A DNA stretch of 64,000 nt, taken from assembly GCF_009914755.1 (NCBI RefSeq), contig NC_060926.1. The stretch is one strand, 5' to 3'. The DNA is from the human T2T-CHM13v2.0 reference genome, Homo sapiens. A program made the translations under genes and the position numbers. The notes beneath the pieces were generated by a model. That model was not told where the DNA came from. It made no database searches and was given only the letters and a program-made list of their open reading frames with translations. Position 1 is the stretch's first letter. Each line of letters begins with the position of its first letter. This document shows positions 61,001 through 64,000 of the stretch, piece after piece.

Positions 61001-63213
61001 CACATCAATATTCACCAGGGATATTGGCCTGAAGTTTTCTTTTGTTGTTGTATCTTTGCCAAGTTTTGGTATCAGGATGATGCTGGCCTCATAAAATGTA
61101 TTAGGAAGGAGTCCCTCCTTTTCAATTGTTTGGAATAATTTCAGAAGGCATGGTACCAGCTCCTCTTTTTATGTCTGGTAGAATTCAGTTGTGCATCTGT
61201 CTGGTCCTGGGTGGTTTTTGGTTGACAGGCTATTAATTACTGCCTCAAGTTCAGAACTTGTTACTAGTCTATTAAGGGATTTGGTTTTTTCTTAGGTTAG
61301 TCTTTGGAGAGTTTATCTGCTCAGGAATTTATCCATTTCTTCTAGATTTTCTAGTTTTCTTGCATAGAGGTGTTTATGGTATTCTCTGATGGTAGTTTGC
61401 ATTTCGCTGGGGTCGGTGGTGATATCCCCTTTATCATGTTTTATTGTGTCTATTTGATTCTTCTCTCTTTTCTTCTTTATTAGTCTAGCTGGCTGTATGT
61501 CTATATCATTAATTTTTTCAAAAAACCAGTTCCTGGATTCACTGATTTTTTTAAGGGTTTTTCATGTCTCTATCTCCTTCAGTTCCAGTCTGATCTTAGT
61601 TAATTCTTGTCTTCTGGTAGTTTTTGGATTTGTTTGTTCTTGCTTCTCTAGTTCTTTTAATTGTGAGGCTAATGTGTCAATTTGAGATCTTTCCTGCTTT
61701 CTCCTGTGGGCATTTAGTGCTATAATTTCCCTCTAACCACTGTTTTATCTGCATGCCAGAGATTCTGGTATGTTGTCTCTTTGTTCTCATTGGTTTGAAA
61801 GAACTTCTTGATTTCTGCCTTAATTTCGTTGTTTACCCAGGAGTCATTCAGGAGCAGGTTGTTCAATTTCCATGTAATTGTGCAGTTTTGAGTGAGTTTC
61901 TTAATGTTGAGTTCTAATTTGATTGTACTATGGTCTAAGAGGCTGTTTGTTATTATTTCCATTCTGTTTGATTTGCTGAGAAGCATTTTACTTCCAATTA
62001 TGTGGTCAATTTTAGAGTAAGTGCCATGTGGCACTGAGAAGAATGTATATTCTGTTATTTTGGGGTGAAGAGTTCTGTAGATATGTATTAGGTTAATTTG
62101 ATCCAGAGCTGCATTCACATCCGGAATATCCTTGTTAAATTTTCTGTCTTGTTGAACTATCTAATATTGATAGTGGGGTGTTAAAGTCTCCCACTATTAT
62201 TGTGTGGGAGTCTTTTAGTCTCTTTTTTGGGTGTCTAAGAACTTGTTTTGTGAATCTGGGTGCTCCTGTATGGGGTGCATATATATTTAGGTTATATATA
62301 GTTATATAGTTAGCTATATATAGTTAGCTCTTCTTGTTGAATTGACTGCTTTACCATTATGTAATTCCTACTTTGTCTTTTCTGATCATTGTTGGTTTAA
62401 AGGCTGTTTTGTCAGAGACTAGGATTGCAACCCTTGCTTTTTTCTCCTTTCCATTTGCTTGGTAAATTTTCCTCCATTCTCTTATTTTGAGTCTATGTGT
62501 GTCTTTGCACATGAGATGGGTCTCTTGAATATGGCACACTGACGGGTCTTGACTCTTTATCCAATTCCTCTGAGCTAGTGGCGGGAAAGACTAAGTCTGC
62601 TGGTCCATGGAGACTATGGCCACCGCTCCCTCTAGGGGCTCAGGCCCAGGGAGATCAGCGTTCTGTCCCTGAGCCCCTGGCTGGAGTTAGAATTCCTGCA
62701 GGGAGACCCTGCAGCCACAATGTTGGCTGCTGTCCCTCCCCCAAGGAGCTCAGATGCCTTAGACCACAGGCAGCCACAGTAGTGTTGATGGCCACCCCTC
62801 TCCCTGGGAACTCGGCAGGCTTAGGCCAATTCTAGCCGAGTAAGTGTTGAGAATCTGCATGGCTCTATGATTGGAGCTGAAGACCCTGGTGGTGTGGGCT
62901 CCTGAGTGGGATCTTCCAATCTGTGGGTTGCACAGTTTCATGGAAAAAGCACTGTTTCCCAGGCTGGGTAGCGCACTCACTCACCACCTCCCTTGACTGG
63001 GAATGGGGGCTCCCCTACCCCCTGTGGCTTTCAGGAGAGCCACCGCACCACACTGTTCTTCCTTCCTCTCCATAGGTCATGCCAGCTGCCCAGTCAGTCC
63101 TAATGACAGAACCTGGATACCTCAGTTTCTGGTATAGGATTCGCATGCTGTTTTGGATATTTTTGATGGGAGCCTCTGATCATCATGGCTTCTAGTCGGC
63201 TATCTTGGCCCCC
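58095..63213 (-). mobile_element. L1PA8-like LINE-1 retaining its 5' end but internally deleted (no ORF1), interrupted by MLT2A1
   Basis: 5' end GGGGCCAAGATAGCCGACTAGAAGC on the minus strand. The 5'UTR joins ORF2 'WIKSQDP' at ~62565. ORF2 fragments appear in the track. L1PA8-type 3'UTR. Confidence 0.9.
59050..59488 (+). mobile_element. MLT2A1 (HERV-L) solo LTR
   Basis: TGTGATGGTTAATACTG...GGGTGTGTCTGTGAGGGTGTTGCCAAAGGAGATTAACATTTGAGTCAGTGGGCTGGGAAAGGCAGACCCACCCTTAATCTGGGT...GACTAATACA. L1 sequence is contiguous on both sides. Confidence 0.9.
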
Positions 63214-63889
63214 ATGTTTTTTATTTTCTAGTGTTTTGTAACGTTTTCTCAGGCATTCGTAAGTGACCACAGCTGGTCACATTTGAATCTAAGAATTCAT
63301 AATGGTGATGGGACATTTTTGCGGGATTTAAACCTGGAAGAATATCGTCCCTGGAGCTATAAGCTACTGTCTTTCAAGCATGTAGGGTTGGATAATGGAT
63401 TCAATACCAAGGAGGCAATGCCTGATAATTAAGAGAAAGATAAATTATTTGAACCCTGGAATGAGCCATATCTGAAAGCACTTTTCCATTACATAAACCA
63501 ATATATTTCATTTTTCTTAAACATGTTTGAAAGGTTTTTCATCACTCAAAACAGAAAGTGAAGATACACATGCATCACTGTCATCTTGAACACAATGGAA
63601 GACAGAGCTTTGTGCTTTCTGATATAACAACCATATCCAATTATTTCCAATGTTGTTTCATACATGGCCCATGAGATCCTGAAGAAACCTTACATTTTCT
63701 TCATTGTATAGATTTCTTGTCACTGCCTCAGAAAAAACTTTTTATGTTCTGAGTAGTTTGTTTTCCATGGATAGCAGTCTCATAACCTTGTATTTCTTTT
63801 TCATGTTACACATAGATAAATGAGATATATAATAGATATGGATAAATTGATGAGATATATAATAGATAGATATACAATATGTTTTTTTA

Positions 63890-64000
63890 AATGTCTTTCT
63901 CACAAGACATTAAGCTCCATGAGGGGAGGCTTTGTGTATATCTTTATTTTCAGAGTTATATCCCTAGCACCTAGCCCAATGTCTAGCATAGAAAGAATAT
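63890..64000 (+). mobile_element. L2 3' end
   Basis: TAAGCTCCATGAGGG...TATCCCTAGCACCTAGCCCAATGTCTAGCATAG. Confidence 0.75.

Noticed and set aside
62560-62570. Spliced L1 (SpIRE/SpORF2) interpretation of the 5'UTR-ORF2 junction
   Set aside because: The recalled consensus flanks do not provide GT/AG at the breakpoints and the ORF2 ATG is lost. Microhomology deletion fits better.
63820-63868. 19-bp direct repeat ATGAGATATATAATAGATA with a 30-bp period
   Set aside because: A low-complexity local duplication with no functional signature.

Overview
This window is human genomic DNA, shown by a human-specific AluYb8 and a human-specific-type LINE-1. It is AT-rich, apparently intergenic or intronic, and dominated by transposable elements. 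I found no host protein-coding gene, RNA gene or CRISPR array. The centrepiece is a full-length young LINE-1 (45440-51483, +) with a 15-bp TSD. Its ORF2 is intact (1275 aa), but ORF1 (nonsense plus frameshift) and ORF0 (nonsense) are disabled, and its 3'UTR has the intermediate ACG/A signature. Other elements are two L1PA8-like copies, a near full-length L1MA, a twin-primed L1MA5-like copy, ten Alus, MaLR/ERVL LTRs and internal remnants, MER5, a Zaphod-like hAT fragment, MIRs and L2s. One L1PA8-like copy lacks ORF1, contains an MLT2A1 LTR and probably carries a 3' transduction. The most unusual non-catalogue signals are a pre-miRNA-like hairpin apparently made by template switching (26074-26135), a 58-bp templated insertion copied from flanking DNA into an MST provirus, and that putative transduction. 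I see no evidence for a wholly new biological system. Subfamily names come from recalled consensus sequences and need RepeatMasker/Dfam confirmation.
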